From Candidatus Brocadiia bacterium (GTDB lineage: Bacteria; Planctomycetota; Brocadiia; CAIUPP01), in NCBI GenBank assembly GCA_050015075.1, contig JBEKCB010000044.1, positions 1-25,642 of the forward strand: a stretch of DNA of 25,642 nucleotides. Direction: 5' to 3'. Made by a program: the position numbers and the translations under genes. Below, piece by piece: positions 8,589 to 16,186 of this stretch. Position 1 is the first letter of the stretch, and every line of letters starts with the position of its first letter. The notes under the pieces were generated by a model. It worked only from the letters and a program-made list of their open reading frames with translations. It did no database searches and was not told where the DNA came from.

Positions 8589-9452
8589 ATGGACAAGGTC
8601 AGCCGAAGCTGGCGGTTGCTGGCGGCTTCGATCAGGCTGGTGCGGGCGAATCGGTCTCTGCTGGTGTTTCCCGCCGTTGCGGCGGCGGCGCTGGTAATCC
8701 TGATGGCTGTCGGGGTCGGCGGCCCGATCCTATGGTACGGCGAGGCACAGGCTCACGCTTTCGCTCATCGGCATACGGTCGCGTTTATAGTCTACGCGCT
8801 CGCTCTGACGCTGCCGTGTTCAATCATTACCATTTCTTGCAATGCCGCGCTGATCGGCTGCGTGCTGCTCCAACTGGAGGGCAAGCCGCACGGCTGGCGC
8901 GATGGGCTGCGCATGGCCTGGGCGAAGCGCAAGGCAATCGTCGGATGGGCTCTGGTCTGCGTCATCGGCTGGCTGGTCATCGCGCCGCTGGGGAGGTTGG
9001 CAACGTGGATTCCGGGCATCGGCGGGCACGCGGGGAAACTGTTCTTCGTCGTCGTCTGCGTCTCATGGGCGCTGGTCACTTTTCTGGTGATGCCTGTGAT
9101 CGTATTCGAGGCCCAGCCGAACATCTGGGCGCGCCTGCGCCGCTCGGAAGAGTTGCTCAAGCGGACCTGGGGAGAACAGGTTTTTGGGCGATTGTCCGTG
9201 CTCGTGCTCCTCTACGCGATCATGGCGGTCTTTGTCGTTCCGCTGCTGCTGGCGAGCCACGCCGGCTGGGTAAGCGCTTCGGTGACGCATCTGCTGTTCA
9301 TCATCCTCTTGATCGTCCTGAATCCCCTCCTGGGCGCAATCGGCGCGGCCATTCAGAGCATCTACAGCGCGGCGTGTTACAGTTACGCGGTAACGGGGAT
9401 GCTGCCACAGGAATTCGGTCCAGAACTGCTGCCGCAGTCCAAGGGAGATTGA
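8589..9452 (+). CDS. Multi-pass membrane protein (DUF6159-like)
   Basis: ATG after AGAGAGGGAG; SRSWRLLAASIRLVRANRSLLVFP start, about 6 hydrophobic segments, and the W..VTFLVMPVIVFE...LRRSEELLKRTWGEQ motif. Confidence 0.75.
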   Translation: MDKVSRSWRLLAASIRLVRANRSLLVFPAVAAAALVILMAVGVGGPILWYGEAQAHAFAHRHTVAFIVYALALTLPCSIITISCNAALIGCVLLQLEGKPHGWRDGLRMAWAKRKAIVGWALVCVIGWLVIAPLGRLATWIPGIGGHAGKLFFVVVCVSWALVTFLVMPVIVFEAQPNIWARLRRSEELLKRTWGEQVFGRLSVLVLLYAIMAVFVVPLLLASHAGWVSASVTHLLFIILLIVLNPLLGAIGAAIQSIYSAACYSYAVTGMLPQEFGPELLPQSKGD

Positions 9453-9456
9453 TGCA

Positions 9457-9897
9457 ATGGCTCTCAGCCTGACTCTTAATCCGTCCGCAAAGGTGGCGCC
9501 CTTTCGGCAAATCATGGAGCAACTGCGCTCGGCCATTTTCTCCGGCGCTTTGGCTGGTGGCGAGCAACTGCCTTCCGTGCGTGAGATGGCTTCAAGGCTC
9601 GCGGTGAATCCGCTCACGATCGCGCGAGCGCTGAACGAACTGGAGGCCGCCGGCCTGATCAAGAGCCGATGGGGCAAAGGCAACTTCGTGCAGCCTTTGG
9701 ATACGGCTCTGCGAGAAGATGCCCGCAGAAATGCGCTCAACAATGCGGCACGCGAATTCATCGCCACGACCGCACGTTTGGGCTACGATTCCAACGAAGC
9801 CGCCAAAGCTATTCGAGATGTGGGAAGGGGCCGTATTCCCAATCGTATTCCCGCGTATTCCCGGGACATAATACCTCCGCGTATTCCCGGGACATAA
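9457..9897 (+). CDS. GntR family (YtrA-type) transcriptional regulator; C-terminus runs into transposon-end repeats
   Basis: PFRQIMEQLRSAIFSGAL..GEQLPSVREMASRLAVNPLTIARALNELE..GLI...GKGNFV winged HTH with a short helical tail; about the last 21 codons are repeat-derived. Confidence 0.92.
   Translation: MALSLTLNPSAKVAPFRQIMEQLRSAIFSGALAGGEQLPSVREMASRLAVNPLTIARALNELEAAGLIKSRWGKGNFVQPLDTALREDARRNALNNAAREFIATTARLGYDSNEAAKAIRDVGRGRIPNRIPAYSRDIIPPRIPGT
9833..9880. repeat. Tandem truncated copies of the element end
   Basis: GTATTCCC at 9833 and 9845; GTATTCCCGGGACATAATACCTC at 9855-9877; separated by 2-4 nt. Confidence 0.9.
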
Positions 9898-9901
9898 TAC
9901 C

Positions 9902-10582
9902 TCAATTGCTCTTCTTCCTGGGCTGGCCCTTCGGCCATCCGCCTTTGAGCGGGATCAGCGAGCGTTTCAGGCGCTTCTCCAAACGACGCATGAAGGGCTC
10001 GCTGGCCCAGGGTCGCCCTGTCGAAAGCCGCCGTTCAAGAGTACGCGCCTCTTCGACTTCGACAGCCGCTGCCAAGAACCCGCGCCAGTCGCCGCTGATC
10101 TTCTCCACCTTCCGGTCGGTCTCCAGCGGGTCCTCCTGTATCAGGCCCAGATGATGCGCCGCGCTCGACCAGGGATATTGCTCCGCCTTCCGCACTATTC
10201 CCGCCCGCACCGGGTTCATCTCGACATAGCGCGCTGCGCGGATCAAGTGCGCCTCGTCCAGGAGGCACGATCCGAATCGCCCCTGGAAAAGATACCCGCG
10301 CACCTCTTCCTGGAAATTGCGCATTCGCGTGTACAGCCGGTGGGCTTCGCCGATCCCCCGCGCGAGCGATTCGGGCTGCTTGGGTGTCACGATCAGATGC
10401 ACGTGGTTCGTCATGAGACACCACGCCTGAAAGGCGAGTCCGAATCGCCGCCCCTGTTCATGCAACAGGCGAAGGTACTCTCTCCGATCCGCGTCGTCCC
10501 GAAAGACTGCCATGGATCGCACCCCGCGTTGGGTGACATGATGCGGCAGTCCGGGAACCACTACGCGGCTGATCCGTGGCAT
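9902..10582 (-). CDS. REP-associated tyrosine transposase (Y1/HUH, IS200-like TnpA superfamily)
   Basis: PHHVTQRG, CLMTNHVHLIV (HUH), GYLFQGRF, catalytic Tyr region RYVEMNPVRAG, YPWSSA and a basic C-terminal tail. Confidence 0.93.
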   Translation of the reverse strand: MPRISRVVVPGLPHHVTQRGVRSMAVFRDDADRREYLRLLHEQGRRFGLAFQAWCLMTNHVHLIVTPKQPESLARGIGEAHRLYTRMRNFQEEVRGYLFQGRFGSCLLDEAHLIRAARYVEMNPVRAGIVRKAEQYPWSSAAHHLGLIQEDPLETDRKVEKISGDWRGFLAAAVEVEEARTLERRLSTGRPWASEPFMRRLEKRLKRSLIPLKGGWPKGQPRKKSN

Positions 10583-10588
10583 GCGGCT

Positions 10589-10617
10589 ATCTTACTCCCC
10601 CCAAACGCGCCGGTCAA
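10589..10617 (-). promoter_or_regulatory. Element-internal promoter; predicted leaderless transposase mRNA
   Basis: TTGACC-17 nt-TAAGAT, 6 nt before the ATG; no Shine-Dalgarno sequence in between. Confidence 0.6.
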
Positions 10618-10671
10618 GGATAATTGATGTATTATGTCCCGGGAATACCCCCGGGAATACCCTAAATAGCG

Positions 10672-12492
10672 CTATTCAAGCGGTATGGTTGACGGCTGTT
10701 CCCGGTTTAACTCCCAGAAAACGCAAGCCTGGCCCAATGCGCCCTCTGCAACACCATAGAAAAAGCGTGCCTTCTCAAGCGGCGGCTTGTTCATTGTTTT
10801 ACCCCAAGCAAAAGCTTCCGCACAATCGTGGCTTGCATAGCCTTCTCCAAGGTGCGCATATACCATCCCCATTGCCTCAGGATCTGACACACCGGGCTCG
10901 AGAGATCCCTCGGCAGGCTCGTGCGTGCTTAGATAGTCCGCCGCGGCACGAGCGTCTACAAGGGCCCACCCGCTTACCAGTTCATTCAAGATTGTGTACA
11001 ACATTGATACATGTAGTAGATGCTTCTGCCATTTTTGAGCAAGCTCATCAGCCAATTGCCGAAATTTGCTCGACACCCACGGTTTCGACGCCTCGTCGCT
11101 GGCCGTCAGATACCAACCCGCTTCCTGCAGCCCCTTGCAGCGAAAGTATAGATCCTGGATTAGTTGAGACACAGCCAAAGCTTTCAGTGGCTCGGATTCA
11201 CCTATTCTTTGGGCAATAAAGTCCAGAGTGATATCACGACGCCCCTCCCTCGTTATCAACAGCGCGGCGTCCACGGCGGCCCAGGAAAGCCGTTGGCGTT
11301 GGCATTCCTCTGCCATGACCATTAGGGCTGCGTCCCCGGCCTCCGTGCCGCTCAATTGAGCAGGGAGTGGCAGAGCGATGTCGCCGTGGTCAGCCTTCCC
11401 CGCTGTAAGACCGGCGAGGAACCAAGACTTATACCCTGGATCCGTCACTTTTTGTGACCACTCGTCCACATCTTCTGACTTTGTTTCCAAACCTCTCGCG
11501 AACTCGAAATAGGCGCGTTCTTTTACCGCGAGACCTGGGTCAACTTTCTCGACAGCGCGCCACGCCTTGCTTGGATCACGTTTGGCTAATGCGGAGATCA
11601 TTCCTACTAGCATTGCGTCCCGGATTCCTTTCGGTGTGCTCTCGGCCACCCTCAAGGCCGCATCGAAGTCGCCGTTCAAACGATACCCTCGCGCAAGAGT
11701 GGGCAGTACGTCCTCCTTTCCCATCAGCTCCATCGGGCGATTACAGAGGAGTTCGGCACTCTTTAAATCATGCCTTTCGACAGCCGCGCGGACGGCAATG
11801 CCAAGGATAATGTCACAACTGTGAGTGTCCGTCTTCCCGCGAAAATCAGGCAAATCTGACGGATCGGCTTTTGCCATACGGCACCCCACACTGTAGAATG
11901 CTTGCTCGCGAGCCTGCTTATCTTGTATAGTTGAAGCAATTGCCTCGGCCTGTTTTAGGTCCTTCAGTCCTTCGACGATGCCCGTCAAGGCCCAGGCTTT
12001 CTCGTCGGCCATACCAATCAGCGCCTGTTGCTTCATCGCCGCTTCAGCATCCTTCGCACACCAGGCAGCAAACACCTCTGACGTCGTGCAAAGCCGCTTT
12101 TCATCGTTGATAATGTCCTTCAGTCTCGCGACGGCTACAATGGGAGCAAGCTGCGCAGTGAGTTGGACAATATCCCCAAGAATGTGATCGCGCTGATCCT
12201 GAGATACAACTTTCTTTCCGCAGTCAAAGGCAATATCGAGGGCATGCAAAGCAGATGCGATGGAATCAGGCGTGACGGGCCTTGCCTCCCAAGGTGGGGC
12301 GTGATCCGCCGGATCAGTTTTTGCAGTATCACACCGTGCGCCTGTCGCCCAGCACGATAGTAACGGCGCCATTAGTAACGTGAATGCAATTGACCGACGG
12401 CGTCCTTTCGTAGTTAACAGACGCCCCCGGTTGCAGTTATGGGCACACTTAGTGCCGCCGATCTCTGGCGTGAACATTTCCTCTTTCTCCAT
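10672..12492 (-). CDS. Secreted alpha-helical repeat (TPR/HEAT-like) hypothetical protein, cargo between element ends
   Basis: 606-aa ORF (start may be ATG 12477 after AAAGAGG); signal-like RRRSIAFTLLMAPLLSCWATGA; recurring A..IA..I.D...R..A helical units; lower GC than host genes. Confidence 0.75.
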   Translation of the reverse strand: MEKEEMFTPEIGGTKCAHNCNRGRLLTTKGRRRSIAFTLLMAPLLSCWATGARCDTAKTDPADHAPPWEARPVTPDSIASALHALDIAFDCGKKVVSQDQRDHILGDIVQLTAQLAPIVAVARLKDIINDEKRLCTTSEVFAAWCAKDAEAAMKQQALIGMADEKAWALTGIVEGLKDLKQAEAIASTIQDKQAREQAFYSVGCRMAKADPSDLPDFRGKTDTHSCDIILGIAVRAAVERHDLKSAELLCNRPMELMGKEDVLPTLARGYRLNGDFDAALRVAESTPKGIRDAMLVGMISALAKRDPSKAWRAVEKVDPGLAVKERAYFEFARGLETKSEDVDEWSQKVTDPGYKSWFLAGLTAGKADHGDIALPLPAQLSGTEAGDAALMVMAEECQRQRLSWAAVDAALLITREGRRDITLDFIAQRIGESEPLKALAVSQLIQDLYFRCKGLQEAGWYLTASDEASKPWVSSKFRQLADELAQKWQKHLLHVSMLYTILNELVSGWALVDARAAADYLSTHEPAEGSLEPGVSDPEAMGMVYAHLGEGYASHDCAEAFAWGKTMNKPPLEKARFFYGVAEGALGQACVFWELNREQPSTIPLE

Positions 12493-12510
12493 GTCAAATA
12501 CGCGTGCAGT

Positions 12511-12654
12511 CTACCACGACGCCACGCCCCGGCGCATATGTCCCAAGCTCCAATCGTCCCAGAATTCATACCACCACCGCCAGTACCCACGCTCTTCGCT
12601 AGGAGGAGCTGGCGGAGCCGGTGGCGGATTAGTTGGCGTTGGCCAAGTTGGTGG
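12511..12654 (-). pseudogene. C-terminal fragment of a gene truncated at the element tip
   Basis: Stop-free frame PPTWPTPTNPPPAPPAPPSEERGYWRWWYEFWDDWSLGHMRRGVASW*, ending 18 nt before the 606-aa ORF; no start or RBS before the repeat. Confidence 0.45.
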
Positions 12655-12655
12655 C

Positions 12656-13089
12656 GTATTCCCGGGACATAATACCTCAATTGCTCTTCTTCCTGGGCTG
12701 GCCCTTCGGCCATCCGCCTTTGAGCGGGATCAGCGAGCGTTTCAGGCGCTTCTCCAAACGACGCATGAAGGGCTCGCTGGCCCAGGGTCGCCCTGTCGAA
12801 AGCCGCCGTTCAAGAGTACGCGCCTCTTCGACTTCGACAGCCGCTGCCAAGAACCCGCGCCAGTCGCCGCTGATCTTCTCCACCTTCCGGTCGGTCTCCA
12901 GCGGGTCCTCCTGTATCAGGCCCAGATGATGCGCCGCGCTCGACCAGGGATATTGCTCCGCCTTCCGCACTATTCCCGCCCGCACCGGGTTCATCTCGAC
13001 ATAGCGCGCTGCGCGGATCAAGTGCGCCTCGTCCAGGAGGCACGATCCGAATCGCCCCTGGAAAAGATACCCGCGCACCTCTTCCTGGA
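12656..13089 (-). mobile_element. Partial copy (434 bp) of the element: inverted repeat plus transposase 3' end
   Basis: Identical by inspection to 9881-10314; lacks the HUH motif, start codon and second repeat. Confidence 0.92.
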
Positions 13090-13091
13090 GA

Positions 13092-13179
13092 GTATTCCCG
13101 GGACATAATACCTCAATTGCTCTTCTTCCTGGGCTGGCCCTTCGGCCATCCGCCTTTGAGCGGGATTACCGAGCGTTTC
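13092..13179 (-). mobile_element. Partial copy (88 bp) of the element end
   Basis: Matches 9881-9968; first 75 bp identical, then 2 mismatches. Confidence 0.9.
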
Positions 13180-13269
13180 GGAAACAATCAGGGGCAGTCA
13201 CCCATTCTTGCGTTCGGCTGCCGCCTTCCAGCGCCGTTTGCATCGTCGCCTGCCCTTCACGCTGACAGC

Positions 13270-13297
13270 ATTGTACGCTCGAATGGGCGGCTGTCAA
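13270..13297 (-). promoter_or_regulatory. Orphan sigma70-like promoter facing the element array
   Basis: TTGACA-16 nt-TACAAT on the minus strand. Confidence 0.55.
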
Positions 13298-13403
13298 ATG
13301 TTTTCTCTGCTTTACTGGAACATGATACACCCGCGCGCGCCCCTGGCGCGCATGATGAGAACGAGGATTCGCAGCGGTTTGTCGCAGGCGCGGGATGGCC
13401 GGT

Positions 13404-13457
13404 CATGCAATGCGGCGATATTGTGAGGACTGATCTCGACGGAGTCAAGCGTCCTCG
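13404..13457. repeat. 54-bp direct repeat, copy 2
   Basis: 49/54 identical to 7629-7682; retains TTGACT-17-CACAAT on the minus strand. Confidence 0.9.
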
Positions 13458-13496
13458 AGTGAGGAGTTCAGGCAGGGTTCGGCTGGCGCGCCCGGT

Positions 13497-14333
13497 TCAC
13501 AGGTCGCCCTGGGGCATCGTCTCCAGTTGCGCGGCGGTGAAAACCGGGCCGTCTTTGCAGACGTACATCGGCCCGACGTTGCATCGCCCGCACTTGCCGA
13601 CGCCGCACTTCATGCGGTTCTCCAGGGTGGTGTAGATGTCCGCCGTGGAAAAGCCGCGCTCCTTGAGAACCGGCAGCGAGAGCTTGATCATGATCGGCGG
13701 GCCGCAGACGACCGCGACGGAGTTCTCGGCGGCCGGCAGCGCCTTGAGCAAATTGGGCACGAAGTCCACTTTGCCCTTCCACTCCGGCGTCTGCCCGCCG
13801 GGGTCAACGGTCAGAACGAGGTTGACGTCCGGCCGCGCGCCCCACTGCTCCAGCTCAGCTTTATAGACCAGGTCCGCCGCGGTGCGCGCGCCGTAGACGA
13901 TGGTGACGGCGCCGAAGTCGCTTCGGCGATCCAGCACGTTCCAAATGACGCTGCGCACGGGCGGCAACGCGATGCCGCCGGCGACGAAGAGGATGTTCTT
14001 CCCGTGCCAGGAGTCCGTAGGGAAACAATTCCCGTAGGGCCCGCGGAACGTGATGTTCTGCCCGACTTCGCGGTCCTGCAGCGCCTGGGTGACGCGGCCG
14101 TTCCTGCGGAAAGTGCATTCGATGAACTCCTGCCGCGTCGGCGGGCTGGCCACGCAGAAGGTGCTTTCGCCGGCGCCGGGCACGCCATAAAGCCCGAACT
14201 GCCCGACGCGGTAGCGGCTGAAGAAACCGGCCCGGGCCGCCGTCTCCAGGAACTCCAGCCGGAACGTCCGCACGTCCGGCGCCTCTTCGCGCACGTCCAG
14301 CAGGCGCATCACGGCGGGTTTGTAGATATTCAT
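13497..14333 (-). CDS. flxA: FAD/NAD(P)-binding oxidoreductase with [2Fe-2S] (FlxA / AsrB / hydrogenase gamma-like)
   Basis: GQF, RGPYGN, AGGIALPPVRS, VCGPPIM and ENRMKCGVGKCGRC...VCKDGPVF motifs; ATGA overlap with the upstream gene. Confidence 0.9.
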   Translation of the reverse strand: MNIYKPAVMRLLDVREEAPDVRTFRLEFLETAARAGFFSRYRVGQFGLYGVPGAGESTFCVASPPTRQEFIECTFRRNGRVTQALQDREVGQNITFRGPYGNCFPTDSWHGKNILFVAGGIALPPVRSVIWNVLDRRSDFGAVTIVYGARTAADLVYKAELEQWGARPDVNLVLTVDPGGQTPEWKGKVDFVPNLLKALPAAENSVAVVCGPPIMIKLSLPVLKERGFSTADIYTTLENRMKCGVGKCGRCNVGPMYVCKDGPVFTAAQLETMPQGDL

Positions 14334-15355
14334 CGCTTTCCCCCTTCGTGTTTGGCTTCGCACAGCCGGGCGATTTTCTCGCAGGTCTCCGAGATCGCCA
14401 GCCCGTTCGGGCACAGCCGCGAGCAGCGGCCGCAGCCCATGCACGCCGTGAGGTTGAACCGCTGCGGCATGTAACTGAGCTTGTGCATCACCCGTTGCCG
14501 CCAGCGCGCCATCTGCGTCGAGCGCGGATTGTGCCCGCTCGTGTGCAGCGTGAAGAGCGCCAGCCCGCAGGTGTCCCAGTTGCGATAGCGCACGCTTTCC
14601 TTCCGGTTCGATTCGTCCTGCATGTCGAAGCAGTGGCAGGAAGGGCACGCGTACGCGCACGCGCCGCAGCCGAGGCAGGCCGAGGCGAATTCCTGCCACA
14701 GCGGAGAATCGAAGTTGCCGGCGAGCCATTCGCGGACGGCCTTCAGGTCGAAGCGCCGGGGAATTTCGGCGACCGGGTCGGCCGCGGCCTCGCCTTCCGA
14801 CAGGACTCCGCCGGCCGCCTCCGCCAGCGCGCGGCCTTTGGGCGTCAGCGGCTCGAGGATGAGCTGCTCTCCGCCGCCGGCCGGGCGCAGGACGACGTCG
14901 GCGCCTTCGGTGCTTCCGGGATTTCCGCCCACGCTCGTGCAGAAGCAGTGCTGATCGGCGCTGACGCAGGCCAGCGAGACGACGGTGCAGGCCTCGCGGC
15001 GCGCGTTGTAGAACGCGTCGTTGGAGTCCCAGTTGAACACGGTGTCCAGCACGTTCACGGACTCCGCGTCGCACGGGCGCACGGCCAGCACGGCGGTCTT
15101 GATCCCGACAGGCGCGACTTCCTGCTGGACGAAATCGCCGCCGTTGAGCGAATAGCGGTCAATGATTTCGCTCCGCGGGAACAGGAAGTCCTTGACGGAG
15201 TTGGTTGAAATCCCGGAGGTCTCGATCGTCGCGCCCGGATGCCACTCCGCCAGGCGCACGATGCGCCCCTGCCGGATCGGCGCGACGATCCGGTAACCCT
15301 GGGCGGCCAGCGCCGCCGCCAGTTCAGCCAGCTTGTCTGCGCGAAGTAACTTCAT
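14330..15355 (-). CDS. flxB: 4Fe-4S dicluster protein (FlxB / AsrA-like)
   Basis: SVKDFLFP, VRPCD, CFCTSVGG, CLGCGACAYACPSCHCF, RNWDTC, SGHNPR and CMGCGRCSRLCP motifs. Confidence 0.88.
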   Translation of the reverse strand: MKLLRADKLAELAAALAAQGYRIVAPIRQGRIVRLAEWHPGATIETSGISTNSVKDFLFPRSEIIDRYSLNGGDFVQQEVAPVGIKTAVLAVRPCDAESVNVLDTVFNWDSNDAFYNARREACTVVSLACVSADQHCFCTSVGGNPGSTEGADVVLRPAGGGEQLILEPLTPKGRALAEAAGGVLSEGEAAADPVAEIPRRFDLKAVREWLAGNFDSPLWQEFASACLGCGACAYACPSCHCFDMQDESNRKESVRYRNWDTCGLALFTLHTSGHNPRSTQMARWRQRVMHKLSYMPQRFNLTACMGCGRCSRLCPNGLAISETCEKIARLCEAKHEGGKR

Positions 15356-15373
15356 CGCTTCCTCATCGTTGCG

Positions 15374-16186
15374 TTATCGGACGAAGCCGTCATCATCCTC
15401 GGTGCGCCACGAGCCGATCAGCGGTTTCTCCGCCAGGTCGTAGCCGGTCTTGTGGCCGAATTCCTTTTCCACGCACTCCGCCACGTGGGCGTTCAGCAGC
15501 ATCAGCGGCAGGCCCTGCGGACAGGCGGCCTCGCAGGCGCCGCAGAGCGTGCATCGGCCGGCGTGGTGGAACGCGCGCGTGATGTTCCAGGCGTACGTGC
15601 CGTGCGGAAGGTCGGCGGTGGAAATCCACTGCGGCACGTTCCGCTTTGAGATGCACCACTGGCAATAGCAGCCGGGGCAGGCGGAACGGCAGGCATAGCA
15701 GCGCGTGCACTTCGAGAACTGCTCGGTCCAGAACGCGGCGCGCTCCTCTTCGCTCATTGCGGCGATTTCCCTCACGCGGCGCAGCAGCTCTTCGGGCAGC
15801 GCGAGGTTCGCGTACTTCTCGCGGAGCAATTGGGCCGTGGCCGGCAGGTCCAGCGCGCCGTGATATTCGTTCTCGCCCACCGCCAGGACCGTCACCGAGT
15901 CGGCGGCGATCTGGGATTCCGCCGCGAGCATCACCAGACTCCGCATGGCCGGCGGCGCCGCCACGACGGCCACGGGGAAATGCTGGCGCACCTCCGGCTT
16001 TCTCAGGTAGGCCGCCAGGTTCTGCCGGCACTCCGCGTCATAGACGAGCTGGTCCGCGCCCGCCGCGTCGGTGAGCAGGATCGGCGCGCGCCGGCCCTGC
16101 CGGTTCCGGTATCCCAGCACCAGCTTGGCGCGTCCTGTCTGAAGCAGGTCGGCCGCGTCCGCGCGGATGGAATCCACGATGCTCAC
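15374..16186 (-). CDS. flxC: 4Fe-4S protein (FlxC-like)
   Basis: GTG after AAGGAGG, overlapping the upstream stop; FSKCTRCYACRSACPGCYC..C and RAFHHAGRCTLCGACEAACP motifs. Confidence 0.85.
   Translation of the reverse strand: MSIVDSIRADAADLLQTGRAKLVLGYRNRQGRRAPILLTDAAGADQLVYDAECRQNLAAYLRKPEVRQHFPVAVVAAPPAMRSLVMLAAESQIAADSVTVLAVGENEYHGALDLPATAQLLREKYANLALPEELLRRVREIAAMSEEERAAFWTEQFSKCTRCYACRSACPGCYCQWCISKRNVPQWISTADLPHGTYAWNITRAFHHAGRCTLCGACEAACPQGLPLMLLNAHVAECVEKEFGHKTGYDLAEKPLIGSWRTEDDDGFVR

Larger units (their letters stand above)
9881..10648 (-). mobile_element. 768-bp HUH/Y1 (RAYT-like) transposase element with 27-bp terminal inverted repeats
   Basis: 9881-9907 (GTATTCCCGGGACATAATACCTCAATT) and 10622-10648 are inverted with 1 mismatch; extra tip CCCGGGAATAC at 10650-10660. 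Confidence 0.85.

Noticed and set aside
9833-9908. GTATTCCC repeats resembling the start of type I-E CRISPR repeats
   Set aside because: Units have unequal lengths with 2-4 nt gaps, no ~32-nt spacers and no cas genes; the transposase ends explain them.
12677-13078. 133-aa ORF as a second active transposase
   Set aside because: It is only the duplicated 3' part and lacks the HUH motif, promoter and true start.
13497-15074. 525-aa version of flxA and similar long N-terminal extensions (3309-4511, 2544-3281, 15374-16297, 16183-16806)
   Set aside because: The extensions overlap upstream genes or promoters; internal starts with an RBS or stop/start coupling fit better.
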